Of a stretch of DNA of 64,000 nucleotides, positions 49,901 through 63,680 are shown piece by piece. Numbering within the stretch: the stretch's first letter is position 1; the number at the start of each line of letters is the position of its first letter. Source of the stretch: Sphagnum compactum. Its lineage: Eukaryota. The translations under genes and the position numbers were made by a program. Under the pieces are notes generated by a model. The model ran no database searches, was not told where the DNA came from, and saw nothing but the letters and a program-made list of their open reading frames with translations. The DNA is taken from the NCBI GenBank assembly GCA_965153455.1, contig OZ234493.1, positions 34,400,213 through 34,464,212 of the forward strand. The letters run 5' to 3'.

Positions 49901-52900
49901 GCCCAGATACATTTTGGACCCATGTTATGCATGTATTAAGCTTGTAATGGCCTAGTGTGCATTAGAATCACGAAACATGGATAACATGACCTAAAAGCAT
50001 GTGTGGGCAGGCACCAAGATGTGTCTGGGCACCACCAGACACATCTTGGACAGGCGCAAGGGCACTCAGAGGGAAAAAAGAAGCAAGCAATACTTTTGTA
50101 CTGGCTGCACTGACTACTACTGCCTGCAATAATAACTGTGTGCACACATAATGTTGGGGGGCAGGGGCTTGACCATTCCATAATACATTAGGGTGGCTCT
50201 TACAAACACTGGCGTTGTGCACACTTTTTAGTCAGGGGGTGAAGTCATTTTAAAAGGAGAGCCCCATTTGCTCTTTGTATGTGACATTTTGATTGTAATT
50301 TCTGCCTGGAGCTGGCTCAGTGCCAGCACCCTTTGAATCATCTTGCAACCCTCTGATACACCTACCACCTCTCTCATTGACTTTTGAATTGCAGAATGAC
50401 CATATTTATCTCCATATGAATTGTGTATACTTATGTGTATATAACACTCTTTGCAAGGCACAAAACTGTTTTTAGGTTTTTCAATTTCTAGGCTAGTTGC
50501 TGTCTTTATTTATCCATGTCCCACTCAATCAAAACTAACAAGGGGTGTGTCACACTGTGGCCTTGCCATTTACATCAAAAATATATCTTAATGCAAAAGA
50601 AGAACTATGGAAATTTAAATGTTTCACCATGCAAAAATATAATCTTCAAAAAAATCCTCTGAAAGAAACCAAAATCCTTCAAGATACTATAACTCTATAA
50701 CTTATCTCAAGTTTCAGCACAAGCCAAAATACCACCTTTCAAAAAGCCTTGTATAAAATAGACCTACTACCTAGGGGCCAAAATCCATTAAGCTACAATA
50801 CTCTATAATCAATCTAAACCCAATATCCTTGCCTTGGTAGGCAAGGCCAACAAAGTCACATAGACAAACATAAAACATGAGTGTTATGCTCAATTTAGTG
50901 TGAACATGATTATCTGACAAGAACCACAAGTCAATGGCGTGGTCCTTAGTTGCTTACTTCGATAACAAATTCAATAACAAAATACTATGAATGCTGAATG
51001 AACTCCAATTCTGTTCTCACAAAGCTGCCACTCATATGCCATCACCTAGTACTGTGAGCATGAAAAAACATGACACAACAGCGAATGGTTTTGATCAAGG
51101 GATTAATCAATTTGCGACTATCGTACAGTAAAAGGACATGTTAAGAATGCATGGAATATTATGATTGTGTCTACACTAACAGGTGCTCCACATGCTTCAA
51201 GACCCAGCTCCCCTAACACCAAGTTTGCACTTTGAGGTCCTTCAAATAGTAGTGTAAAGCACACCCTACATCAATTGTAAGCTTCAGGCATTGTGAATTC
51301 ACATCAAGCTCAGCTTACAATCTTTGGATTCCAGCAATCTGACATTGGGTTCAAACCGGTGTTGTGTGGGTATACCTTTTACTTAGATATATCTGTTGAG
51401 TATGGACATGGTATAATTTTTTATTTTATCTTATTTTGTTGTAATCAATATATCTTAATGTATTATGGAGTAGTCAAACTCATGCCCCCAACCCATAATC
51501 TACTTTGTAGGTTGTGACATTTGCTTGAATTTTGATGAATATATACAAATTTATTTTAAACATGTGATTTTTAAAATATAATTGAAACAAACTCAAAAAA
51601 ATTTATATAACTAATCACTAAAGAAAATAATATTTTTAAATTCAATATACTGAGGTCTACTTGATGACCACTTTTCATTTACGTTGTAAGGTAATTTTCT
51701 GGTCTATTTTATCGTGCTTTTGTCCAATCAAGATTTTCGATCAAACCTTTTAAATACGAAGTTTTATTGTTCATGAAAGACTAATCCCAAGTGATGGTAC
51801 GTCTTAGAAGGTCCTTGAATGTTGTATTTCAAGTCATTTAAGAGGCAACACAAGACATTGAAATAAAGATATAGAAACAAGGGGCATCTTTGTTCCATAA
51901 AATGTGAAAGGTGAAATGCTTGACCTAGCTCCCTCTCTATTTTGATTAACAAAGAATAGTAAGACCACTTAAAGACAAGTATGAGTGGAATTTAGAAATT
52001 TGTTGAAACATTTAACTAAATAAATCTAAAATATTTTTTTTAAAAATTTGTAAGAGCTAGGAGATGCCAAAGTTAGAATTCTAGAATTGTAAAACTTCAA
52101 ATAGAAGTTTTACAATGCAAATTGTTTTACTAAACAATTTCAACCATTGGCAATGAGAAATACTAACAATTCCAAAACTATATAAAATTCACAACCCTTT
52201 TTTTCTACAGAAGCAAACATTTAATTTTTTAATTTTCTTAATGCAAAAGAAACAACATTTGTGATGAAAAATACTCAACTGTAGAAGAAAAGTTTCGAAA
52301 GAAATATTCCAAAAGTAGATTTTATAGCAAAAAAGAATATTGCAAAATGCATCAAGAGCAACAAAAGAAAAATTTCATCATTTTTGGAATAGGTAAAGTT
52401 GTTTTTTTAATCAATTTAGTCATCTATAACCCAATGGCTACCAAATTATAACAAAAAATTTCAAAATTTAAATTATTTGTTGCCTTTTATTAAGGAAGAG
52501 GTTCTTTTGTATAATGATGAAACCCATCAAACCCAATCAAGTTGAATCTATAGACTTTTAAAATCAAAAATCAAAAACCCCAATCAAATTTGTCAAAAGC
52601 CTTTTCAAAGTTGAATAGGAAGAGGGCTAGGTCATAGCCACTCTCTTCCAACCATGCCATCACATCATATGCAAGGTTAATGTTGTTTATGATGTTGTGC
52701 CCTTCAATGAACCCAATTTAGTTTAAGTTGACAATCGGGGGATGGAATTCTTTAAAGTTGTTAGGCGAAAATTTTAACTAGGATTTTGTATGCATTGCTA
52801 AGTAATGTTATCAATCTCTAGTTTCCTATTTTCGATCGGTCACTGATTTTGGGAATTAGAATTATGTTTCCTTTGGAAAGAATTACCAACATGGAACCTT

Positions 52901-55079
52901 GCATCTTATTTCTTTCAATGCTTCCATCTTGTTCAATGCAGTTTAAGTTGTGATCTCCCAAGAAACATGGTTGCAATTCATGTTCTCTGAAGACCTTGCC
53001 TTTGGGGAATCAACTATGGTTTTGTTGAGTTCATTGAAGGTCATGTCTTTCACGAGTTTTCAATTCATGGCATCATCAACTTCCTTTGGCATGCTTACAC
53101 AACATTGTGAACAGATGTCTCTAAGTACTTTTCTTGAAGTTGGATCCACTTAGTCAATATAGTTGTCAATAAACTTGGTTGATATAAATCAATAATATTT
53201 TTTTTAGGATGTGAGCTTGTGATTGTCGATAACAAGCCCTTAGATCGTGGAGCTTTCTATGTTCCACCATGTGGATGTGAAAAAAGGTTTGGAAACAACT
53301 ATCCTCAAATCTTTGCCATTTAGCTTCATTAAGCATGGATTGAGAGTTTAGGTTGGCTTACATGTTGTCTATGAAAGATGCATGAACCATGGAGAAATTA
53401 GTTTAGATCCTAAAGTTTTGAAGATTAATTGAAGGTGCAATTTGACCAACATGATTTTTTTAGTTTAATTTTGATCTCCTTTTTTTGGGGGGCCTTCCCC
53501 ATGCACGTATTGCATTTGCAAACTTATATGAAGACAACTTTTAATTCAACCTTATGATCAACAAGGTGGGATTGTTGAATGTATCTTTCTAAACTTGTAT
53601 CAAATTTATTTTTTGTATTTTAAGTCAGGGGGTAACACTTTGTCAAAATAGACCTTCACAATAGGTCAAGTAAGTAGTTCAAGTTAGATCCAAAGGACCA
53701 ATGATGAGGATCTAAGATGTGCCATATAACTGTGATTTGAATGTGGTTGTCACACTTGTCTAAACCTTGTAAAAAGTAAAATTGTTCTATCAAAGAAATT
53801 GTGGATTACATTTCAAAATAACCATTGTTGATAGAAATTTTTTTATGTCCTAAATGGGTGCAATCACAATAAAATGAGCGAAAACGAATGTCAACTGACG
53901 CTTTAAACTAATCAAAATTGGAGAAATACTTAAAACCATGGCAATTATGGCAAATTATTATTTTTTTCATTTATATAAATGTTGAGAAATTCAAATGGAA
54001 AATCCATTTGATAAATTTTAAGTTTCAATTTAGGACCTTTGAAAGTGAACTCCTATTGAGTTAGAAGGAATCAATTTAACAAAGGATTGTCAAAAGGACT
54101 CATATAATAAAACAACATTGATGGGAAAAACATTAAAAACATAAAGACCTATTAATCACATTCAAAAAGCATTCACACCCTAAAATATGTGGAAATCTAA
54201 AACTTTAAAAATTCAAAGAACTTTCCAAAATTGATTTAGAATTTTAGAACTTCAAAATTCTTTTACCACATATAAATGGGGTATAATGTAGATGATGTGT
54301 TAAAAATATTGAAGCATATTATACAAGAAAATTTAAAAAAATTAAAATTAATTTTTGGTTATGATTTGAAATTGTTACATTTTTAAAGACGAAACACTAA
54401 ATTTACAAGGAATTAACACACTTTTAAAAATTATAAACAAAAATATATTTCATGTACTTGGATGATTATATGTATTTATTATAATAATTTGCAAAACAAA
54501 TTTTTCAAAAATTCATTTGTATGAAAAAATTATTTTTGGGCAAAAAGCATGCAATTCTTTTCTAAAGTAACTTCATTGGCTCATTTTCTCTCATTTGCAC
54601 CCAAATGCCCATTTTGAAGGTGAATTGGAACCAAATATCCATTTCCTCTTGCCTCATGTTGTGGTTAGTGATTTTGACTCAAAATTGTAGGAATTCAAAC
54701 TAAAAATAATTACACAAATCTAATGTATAGATATTCATGTCATTCATAACAAGAAATTTTGTCCTTTTTCATTGCTAGCCCATGTAACTAATGTTTCATA
54801 AATTTAAAACAATGTGACCAATTTATAGTGTTTTTGACATATAGTAAAACTTTGCATTAATTGTTAAAGACAAATTAGTAATGTTGTAATGTTCATTATG
54901 TGGTTTAAATTAGTATGAAAATCATAGTCCCAATTTTTTTTTGATAATTCAAAAAACTAATTAAAGTCCTCATTTTCAAACCAAAAAACGTTTTAATAAT
55001 TTTCTCCATATTTTGTCCATTATCAATAGATCACTATATATGTGTATCCATTCACATATAACAAGTTTTTGTTACCAAT

Positions 55080-55640
55080 ATGACACATTTTGCACCCATT
55101 GAAGTGAAGACTTTTTTTAGTGAGTTTCATTGTGATAAAACTTCAAATGTTATAGTTTGAGCTTTCATTATGACATGAATTTCACATGTGACATGAGGAT
55201 TTTTTTTCATTGTGACAAGCTAACCATAAACATCATGGTTTTGATTTGCATCATGACAAAAGTTGTGAGATTTTTTGGACCCATTGAAACAAGGATTTGT
55301 TTTTGGGACTTCATTGTGATAATACCTTAAATGCCATAGTTTTAACTTGTATCACAACATGAGTTTCACACATGTCATGAGATTAATTTTGCCATGACAA
55401 GACCTTAAATGTCATAGTTTAGTTTACACCAGGACACAAATTTCACACACAACAAAAGTGTTTGTACCCATTGAAATGTGAATATTTTTTGGGGGATTTC
55501 ATTATGATAAAACCTTAAATGTCATAGTTTTAAATTGCATCATAACATGAATTTCACATGTGAAGTGAATTTTTTTCTTTGATGTGATGAGACCTTATAC
55601 ATCACAATTTCAATTTGTGTCATGACACAAGTTTCACACG
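55080..55640. repeat. Tandem array, about 186-bp unit, 3 diverged copies
   Basis: ACCCATTGAA at 55094, 55279 and 55466, each followed by TTCATT(G/A)TGATAA..CTT.AAATG..ATAGTTT. Confidence 0.8.
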
Positions 55641-55849
55641 TGGCGGTAGATTTTAATTCAATTCATTATTCATCTATCAATATAGATCAATATTTCAATC
55701 TAAAATGAAATTGAATGGCACTTTACTAATTTTGGATTCAAAAGCCAAAGATTCAAAACACACATTATTCATAAAGTTAAAACACAAGTTAGAACCCATA
55801 CATAGAATAACAAGCATATTTTTCAAGCCCATATTAATTTCATCCATAA

Positions 55850-56770
55850 TGTATTAGCTAAGGTTAGCTTAGGTTTAACCTTGGTTAACATAGGTTTAGC
55901 CTAGATTTGTTACCGTAAATTTAACCTAGGCTTCAATAGAGGTTAACTATGTTTAACCAAGTTGGTAACTTCAATTGATTTTAGGTTTAATTTTGGTTAG
56001 TCTTAATTTAGCCTAAATATAGTCAAGATTAACTTAAGTTTAGTCAAAGTCAACCTAAGTTTGCCTAGGCTAAGTTAAGGTTAATGTCAAATGATTAACT
56101 TCAGTTTAACTTTGGTTAGGTTATGTTTAACCAAGGTTTAGCCAAAGTTTATGCCTAATATAAACAAGGTTTAATTTGTTTTAGCCTAGGTTTAACCAAA
56201 ATGTAACAAAGTTTTAACCTAGATTTAACGCATTTTAACCAAGGTAGAGCATAAATTTAAATTCCAAGGTTTAGCCAAAGTTTAATCAAGGTTTAACTTA
56301 GGTTTAACGAAGATTTGGCCAAAATATAACTTTGATTCAACATAGGTTTAACCAAGGTTAGCTTAAAGATTAACATAGGTTTAGTTGAGGTTAATCTATG
56401 TTTACCCAAGATTAATTTAGGTTTCACTTTAGTTAGGCTAGGTTTAGTTTAATTGAGCTTTAATTGACTTAGGTTTAACCTTGGTTAACCGAACTTTAAC
56501 TTTTTAGTTCGCCATGGTTTAATTTAGATTAGGCTAGGTTTACCTTGGTTAGGTTAGGTTTAACTTGGGTTTAACCTTGGTGAGCTTAAGTTTAACATTT
56601 TGGTTAACTTAAATTTAACCAAAATTAACCTTAGTGCACTTACAATAGCTTCTTGGTCAACCTAGGTTAGTTTAGGGTTAACCTTTGTTAGCCTATAATA
56701 ACCTAAATCAATTTAGTTTAACCTAAATTAATCCAAATTAAGCTAAATTGCCTTGGTTAGCCTAGATTGG
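55850..56770. repeat. Low-complexity array of mixed-orientation AGGTT(T/A)/AACCT units
   Basis: Dense TAGGTTTAACC, AACCTAGG and AACCTTGGTT motifs. Shorter related tracts at about 57520-57700 and 57830-57980. Confidence 0.8.
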
Positions 56771-57747
56771 ATGAATGCACAATCGAATGGCTCAAAAATG
56801 ACAAAAATTATAATCCCTATGAATCCAAACAAGATTCTTTAAAATGATTCAAATGGACATGGTTGATACTTCAAAAAATGTTATTATTCTAATATTTGAA
56901 TCATACATGCTCAATCACCTACAAACCTTTCCAAATGTATGTGAAATTATATGTTTAATGTAACTAATGTCATTTCTTAACTTGGAAATCCTAAGAGGAA
57001 AACCCACAAAGTCCATATGATTAACAACCCATTTAAAGCTTTCAAAAAATATGCTTTTGGGACAAAAAATTTGAAAAAAAATAAAAAAATTGCAACTCAT
57101 ATTGACTTACGGAAATATGGTCAAATTTGAGCCATTCAAAAGTCCCTAACTATTAAATGGTTGAGGTTTTCAAAGAAAATATTCATGATATGAATTTATC
57201 ATTTTGTATTTCATCATAAATTGAATCCCAATAAAAAGTCTAGAATGTGAATTAATATAAAATTTTCCATTTTATGATGTTCCAGTCAAATGACTAGTCC
57301 ATATTTTTCAACTTCAAAAGTCCATTACTAGTAGTAAATGAGTTTTTTATCAATAATTAATCACATAGTTCATTTCATAATGAAGTTGTTAGTTTAGATC
57401 CAAGTCCCAATTAGTAAATCTAAGGATATATTAATCACTATACGCATTTGGTTTCCAAAAAAAAAATTGTTTTGTCACAAAAATGAACCATTTGATTGTG
57501 CATCTACCCTATACTCTAAATTATCCTAGGTTATTTTAAGTAGCTTATGTTAGCCTTGGTTATCCTAACTAGCTTAAATTAACCTATGTATGTCTACCTT
57601 AATTTAGCTAGGTTTAAGATAGATTGGGTAGACCTAGGTCTACCTAGGTTAAGTTAAGCTTAATTTAATTAAGGTATTTAAGTTTTTTTACTTAGGTTTT
57701 ATTACTCTTGTTTATAATTTTGTGGTAAGTAGTTTTGTTAACTAAAA

Positions 57748-57820
57748 AAAGTCATGGTGCAATGGTTAAAAACTTGAACCTTCAAAATGTTGATGAAGGG
57801 TTCAAGTTCTCACACTTGCA
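57748..57820 (+). other. Degenerate tRNA-derived sequence (pseudo-tRNA or SINE head)
   Basis: A-box-like TGGTGCAATGG (57755-57765) and B-box-like GGTTCAAGTTC (57799-57809) at tRNA-like spacing. Acceptor and anticodon stems do not pair properly. Confidence 0.5.
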
Positions 57821-58439
57821 ACCTATGCAAATGGCCTAGATTACTTAGGTTTGCATTTAGTGTAAGCCATTAAGGCCAAGCCTCCTAAGGTTCTTAGGTT
57901 AGGCTAAACGGTGAACTTCTTAAGCTAACCACCTAGGTTAAGCTTTTTAAGTTTCGTCATCTAACTTTATTTGACTAGGCCTTGATTGCCATGTGGCATC
58001 ATACATTTGGCCCAAAAAAATATAATTTTTTCATTTTAGGTTGACACATGGCAATTCATTAGCAGGTGACAAATTCTTTAATTGTCTTAGGTTACCATAT
58101 GGAAATTTCCTATGTTAGTGAAAAGCTTCACTAATTTTAAGTGGAAAGCCACACTAGCATTTCAATAACATTTTTCACTACTGCATCTTTTATTTTGGGA
58201 TCTCAAATTTTCCATTTAAAAAAAATTACTTAGTGAAAAATTTGACTATTTGAAATGACCAAACATGGTTCCACTAAAAATGTTTTAATCAACTAATGTT
58301 TTTTCAACTAGTTAGGTCCAAAATTAGTGAAAAAATCCATTTTCACTGCTATTTTTACCAAATTTTGATAGTGGAAAAAAACATCATTGCTTATTGTGAT
58401 TTTTTACAATTTCGCTGACTTTACAATGAGACAAAGACA

Positions 58440-58940
58440 CACAACATGTTAGCAATCATGTTTTAAAAACTTAAAAGTTATTCAAAGGACTTTGTGGGCA
58501 ATGCATAGGCCATTCAAATTGTTGTTAAATATGATATTAATATTGTCTGCCCTTTTTAGTATAAGTAATCTTGTGTTTAAACCTTGTAAGGACATTAATA
58601 AAGGTAGTATTAGTTGAAGATAATGATTCATTCTTTGGGTAGGTTGTGTTTGATGATGATGTAATCATGTTTACCTTGAAGAATGAATTACAATTGTTTC
58701 AATGGCTTGTTATGGGGTCAACAAAAATTGAAAATGCCTTGGTTTGGTGGTCACAACATGTGGTGCAAATTTCACACATGTATTTTTTGGCTTGTTGAAA
58801 TTTTGGCATTATTAATTTATAAATTGAGATTGAAAAAAATGTTAATGTGGCTGGAATCATTACAATCTATGGTCATTTAGGTTGAGGATTGAGAATTTGG
58901 ATTGCCTCATCATGGTTGTCAAAAATTAGCCCAACGATGC
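58440..58940 (+). mobile_element. Degraded hAT transposase C-terminal remnant
   Basis: About 58820-58940 reads across frameshifts as IEIEKNVNVAGIITI...LG*GLRIWIA / NLDCLIMVVKN*PNDA, resembling the hAT motif ERIFS-x-AG-x6-R-x-RL-x3-N-x3-L. Confidence 0.5.
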
Positions 58941-61148
58941 TTGTTTAGGAAAAACTTTTTGTCATTTGAAGCTCCTATGATTGAAAAGAACAACAAGCTC
59001 ATGGAGGATAAAGGCCTTTTGAAGAAGACTTTAACTTATTTTGAAAGTTTGTTGGTTTGTTTGTTTTGACTTTGTGTTGTTTTCATTCTTTGTTGTTTGT
59101 TTGTCATTTTTAAAACTATTTTTATGTTGATTGTTATTTGTCGGTGTATAATATATAGGACAAACACATATGGGTTACTAGCAGTACAAAGGTTTGAAAA
59201 TTTCTCCATGCAATTTTGCTTTTTGCAACATTCCAAGGATGAAATGGGCATTTTCGTGAAAAATGATTTTCATGGTCTTCAAACATGAACATGTTATTAA
59301 TTTATTTTGTTAGGTTTTGTTTTCACCACATTGTGTTCCATAACTTAAAATTATATATATTATCCATTTGAGGGTTGTTATTCGAGGGTCTAGGGTGTCC
59401 AATTTACAAGCTTTAGACCTACATGTCCAATTGCTATGATTTTATCAATGTTTGTCAATTCTAATCATGTGTCAGTTCAATCAATCTTAAGTCCTAAATA
59501 TTTACTGTCTTTAAATACTATTTTTTCAAGTTGTGTTGTGCCCAAAACCTCCTCCCTTTTTGAGGAAACACGTGTTGTAAAATTCATTATAAAATCAACA
59601 ATTCAATTACATCTCCAAAGGTGATACAAATCAGACTTTAGAATTAGAGACTATAACTTTTTCTAAATTAGAAATGGTTAAGTTAACCATGAGTAAATCA
59701 ATTTGGTTAAATTAACCACTAATAAAGTTAATATGGCTAAACTAACTAATGAATAAATATTTTTGGCAAAACCAATCATGAAAAAATTAATTATGGTTAA
59801 AATAGACATGAATGGAATAATTATGGTTAAAATAAAAATGGTTCAATTAATTATGGGAAAACCAACCATGGTTAAATTACTAACCATGAGTAAATTGAAG
59901 GCTTTTGTTGGGTAGAGACTACAAATGCTTGAACTCATAACACAGTAGAGCAAAATGTGACATAATAAATATGTGATCTGTTTCAAAATATGTTTTTTTT
60001 CACATTGTTCTTCTCTTTCTGAGCACACTGTGTGTTGAATAGAAAAACTAGAGAGATCATGACAATTTGAATTAACATCAACCTTTTAAAATTATAACCC
60101 TCAATCCAAACTGCATCCTCTTCAGAAAACCCTAAACCCAATAACTGTCCTCTTTGGGCAAAGCAATATTGGGCAAAGGAATATGACCCATATGCACAGG
60201 TTCTGGCATTTTGCCAAAAAAATTAAAGCCCTAATCAAGAGGTTTCACTACATTTGTAAAGTATATGATATTGAAATATATTTCAGAATAGTCCAAAAAG
60301 ATGCTTCATTTTCCTTCACAAATTTTTATTTTTCTTTTGAGAAAAAATATTTTTTGAGAATTTCAGCATGTCTAAAGATAATATAAATTATTTCAAACCT
60401 GCTATTCAAGTAGGGTTACTTGGGTTCGAGTCTGATTGATCTTGTCATATGGGGGAGGGCCTGGGTTGCAAGCTGATCATCAGTACACAACCCGTCTTAG
60501 GTAGGTCCTAGGTTTCATGTTTTCTCCTCTTAGGGCTCCCCATTGTGGGTTCTGCACTTTTGGGTGTGGTCTTTTGTTTGGACTTTGGTCCTTTCCTTTT
60601 TTTTCTTCTTTTGTTTCCTTGTCAGGTGTCTTTCCTTTATTTTTTTAATTATTTATTTTTTGACCCAACAATTTTCAGAACTCTAAAAGACAATCTGTTA
60701 CTTTCTTACTGGAGGAAATTGGGGAAAAAAACACTGCTAGGGGCAACCCTACAAACTAGGGTTTTTATAAAAAAAACAATGATTTATAAACTTGGGATGT
60801 AACTAAACTGGTCATAATCGATTTAGCCACATTCGGCTATAGCCCAATATGAAAGTAAAAAAAACTTAAGAATCCTTTTATATTTTGGCTACTCGCTGGA
60901 ACCTGGTTGTAGAGATTTGATGATTTTCCTTTTCTTTGTTTTTTGGGAAATCTGGTGAATGCAGGTCATTTTCTTCGCAAAAATCCTTCATATATATCAA
61001 AATCATATTTTTGAGGTTGAAAAAATGCCAAAAATTCACCCTCAATTCTTTAATTTGGCCTACAAGTGTCTCTGTAAAGACTTTAACCAAAGGCACCAAA
61101 TAATAATTTCAGAAGTCTTCTGCAGATCCACAAATATATAAAATATAT

Positions 61149-61590
61149 TAGAGTTCTCGGTAAAGTAACCTTGTCTTCACCCTGTCTTTGGGCCTCCTTT
61201 CACCCCCTATCCCCTCTTTCAGTGGTATCCGCAAAATAAAGGCATTTTATTAAATCACAGTAAAAATGCTGCAACTCAGTACGAAATGCTGAAACTCAGC
61301 ATTAAATTCACAAGGTTCGAGAGTAATTATAGTAGTCCTACACGTAGGAGCAGTGAAAATATATGTAACAGCAGTGGAGGCGCTCGGGAAAAAGGAAAGC
61401 AGTGGAGGCGCTCAGGAAAAAGGAAAGACAGGATGAAGCTCAGTTTTCAACCAAAATTGATGGTTTTCTGAGTTTCAACCCACCTTGAATGCTAATGTGT
61501 TTTTTTGTTGGTTTTTTTTTGAGTTCGCCTTGTGTATGACCAAACTCAGGGTTCTCGTGCTGTGTTTGTCTTTCTTTACGGATAACTCTA
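61149..61590. mobile_element. MITE (about 440 bp), copy 2, with an internal 28-bp tandem duplication
   Basis: Colinear with 27831-28248. TIRs TAGAGTTCTCGGTAAA / TTTACGGATAACTCTA. GCAGTGGAGGCGCTC(G/A)GGAAAAAGGAAA is duplicated at 61371-61426. Confidence 0.75.
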
Positions 61591-62959
61591 TTAGTTCGTG
61601 GAAAATCCAAAAGGATAACTCAAAACCACCGTGAACCCGATTTTAGAAGATTTTTCCAGAACTTGTTTTTAGAGATTGTGGTAATAGTGACAATGGTTTG
61701 GCACAAACAGTTGCAAGAGATCATCAGATTTAGTAATGTTTCAGCATGACCTGGGGATCTTCTATGGCATTTACGGAGTACTTTTGATGAAGTACATCCT
61801 TTAAAGAGTGTTCAATCCAGTTTGGACTTGGGACCAGTTCATACCCAACCCACACTGTAATTCTTAGAAGGCCAGTTGACAAAATAATTTCTTTTGATTG
61901 GTTGATCATAATGATTGGCTGAGGTGGTGCAGTGGTTTTTTTTCAATCATACTAGGTTATCACCAGTAGGAGTAAACTAGCCCACACAAAATATTTTGGA
62001 GTACAACTTTTTGATAAGAAAGAGAGCCAATAAAGTTAGTAAATGTGCACAAGATAGAGCAAAAGGAATTTCTAGATTGTTTTAAAATTTCAGAAATTTC
62101 AAGGGCAAAATGTTGAAAGTGTAAAAAATCTCAAGACAATGTTGCCTTCAAATTGGCAAATGTGAAAACACAATAATTGATGTATTCATATGTTTTGAAG
62201 TCAAAAGATAGAGAACTTGTAACCACATGAAATTTCAGATCTTTTCATATAGAAAGTGACTTGACAAGGTGAAAACACAATGTTAAGTTTCAAACAATTA
62301 CTATCTTGAAATAACACAAAGCTTCAAGCTACAACACAATTTACCATTAATCTTGAGCAACTTCTTTAAAAATCTTGGTCTTCAACAACCTCCTTTGACA
62401 TGACATGGTCATCAACAACAACAACAAAAAATATAAAGAATGTTTTTGAACCACCATCCCTTGCACAAGTTGTTAAAATATTAAGATCTAACTTGTGCCA
62501 ATAATTATTAGAAAAGTTTAACTTGAGATGCTGCTGAAAGCTTCCCTTGTTCTAAAATGAATTCAGCTCCACACTTGATTGTTGATTCTGATGACGAGGC
62601 AAAATGCTCTTGATTGGCTTGCTTATAATGATTGACCGAGCCGATTGCATTAAATAGGTTTAGTCTCACTCATTTTATAGTGTCTCACTTTTCATGTATA
62701 CAGGGTAACAATTGGGAAACAATAAATACATTGCGGTGAATGTGATAAATAGTGCCAGAGGGTCAACATTGCCGGAGTATGGGTAGAACTGCTCTAATAA
62801 CATAAGAGTCTGATTTTTCTCTCTTCAACAACATGCAGTATACATGTGTATTCGTACATTTGCTCGGTGTTTAATTTTGAGCTCTGATTCAGTACCTCTG
62901 CAGGCTTGTCTCGTGTTGACACTGGGTATGGCATTTCAAAGATTTAACTTAGCAGTTCC

Positions 62960-63680
62960 CGAGATAGGAAGAGCAAAGTTAGACTTTTTAGTCTTTGGGG
63001 GTGTCACATTGCATTTGTAGATAACTTTTTGTATCATATGGGAATCCACTTCCTTCGCTACGTGCATGGTGGGGGAAAGTACGTGTAAGGTGAGGAGAGG
63101 ACAGTTTCGTATAATGTTATGTGAAATGCTTTCGCAACCATTGCGAAAAATGTAATTTTTCATGTGTCGCGAGAGTAGACCCATGTCCTTCCATCCTCAC
63201 GCTATAATTTTCATGACATTGAATTAACATTGTGTTATTAATCAATGGTGTACCCACGTTGGCAGACGTTGTCATTGTCGATCCACTTGAGTTGATTTAA
63301 TTTCACAAACTGCTCTTTCTCGTGGGGTTACCATAACAATTGCAGCTCATATGAAAAATGGTTTTTATCATGATCAATTTTTAGTGGACATGTTTTTCCC
63401 TCTAGTTGTAGACATTTTTGAATGTCTACACCATCATGGCATGGAGAGTGAAAAGCATTGGAGGCTCTCTTCTCTCAATTTTGTGTGCATTTTATAGGCA
63501 GAGGGTGTCACTGACGATACAACAAGTGCAAACAATCTATTTTTAAATAGATGGGCAGTTGTAATAGGTGAAGGTTCTTCTAGGCTAGGCATCCTTTCAG
63601 AAGGTCCTCCCCTTTCCTTATTTGATATGCTTCTTGCGATTGGAGGCGGTTTGAGAACTTGATGTTCCCCTTGTGATTCG
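62960..63680 (+). mobile_element. Degraded CRE-like non-LTR retrotransposon 3' region (zinc knuckle plus RLE)
   Basis: Translates to IHFLRYVHGGG..EERTVSYNVM*NAFATIAK..FHVSRE*THVLP, INIVLLINGVPTLADVVIVDP, FFPLVVDIFECLH and FYRQRVSLTIQQVQ. Same clade as 2480-2900, with many stops. Confidence 0.6.

Noticed and set aside
55850-56770. Interstitial telomere
   Set aside because: The motif is AGGTT/AACCT in both orientations, not strand-biased TTTAGGG.
57748-57820. Functional tRNA, including tRNA-Sec suggested by a CTTCAAA loop-like heptamer
   Set aside because: Anticodon and acceptor stems do not pair and there is no long variable arm. Land plants are not known to use selenocysteine.
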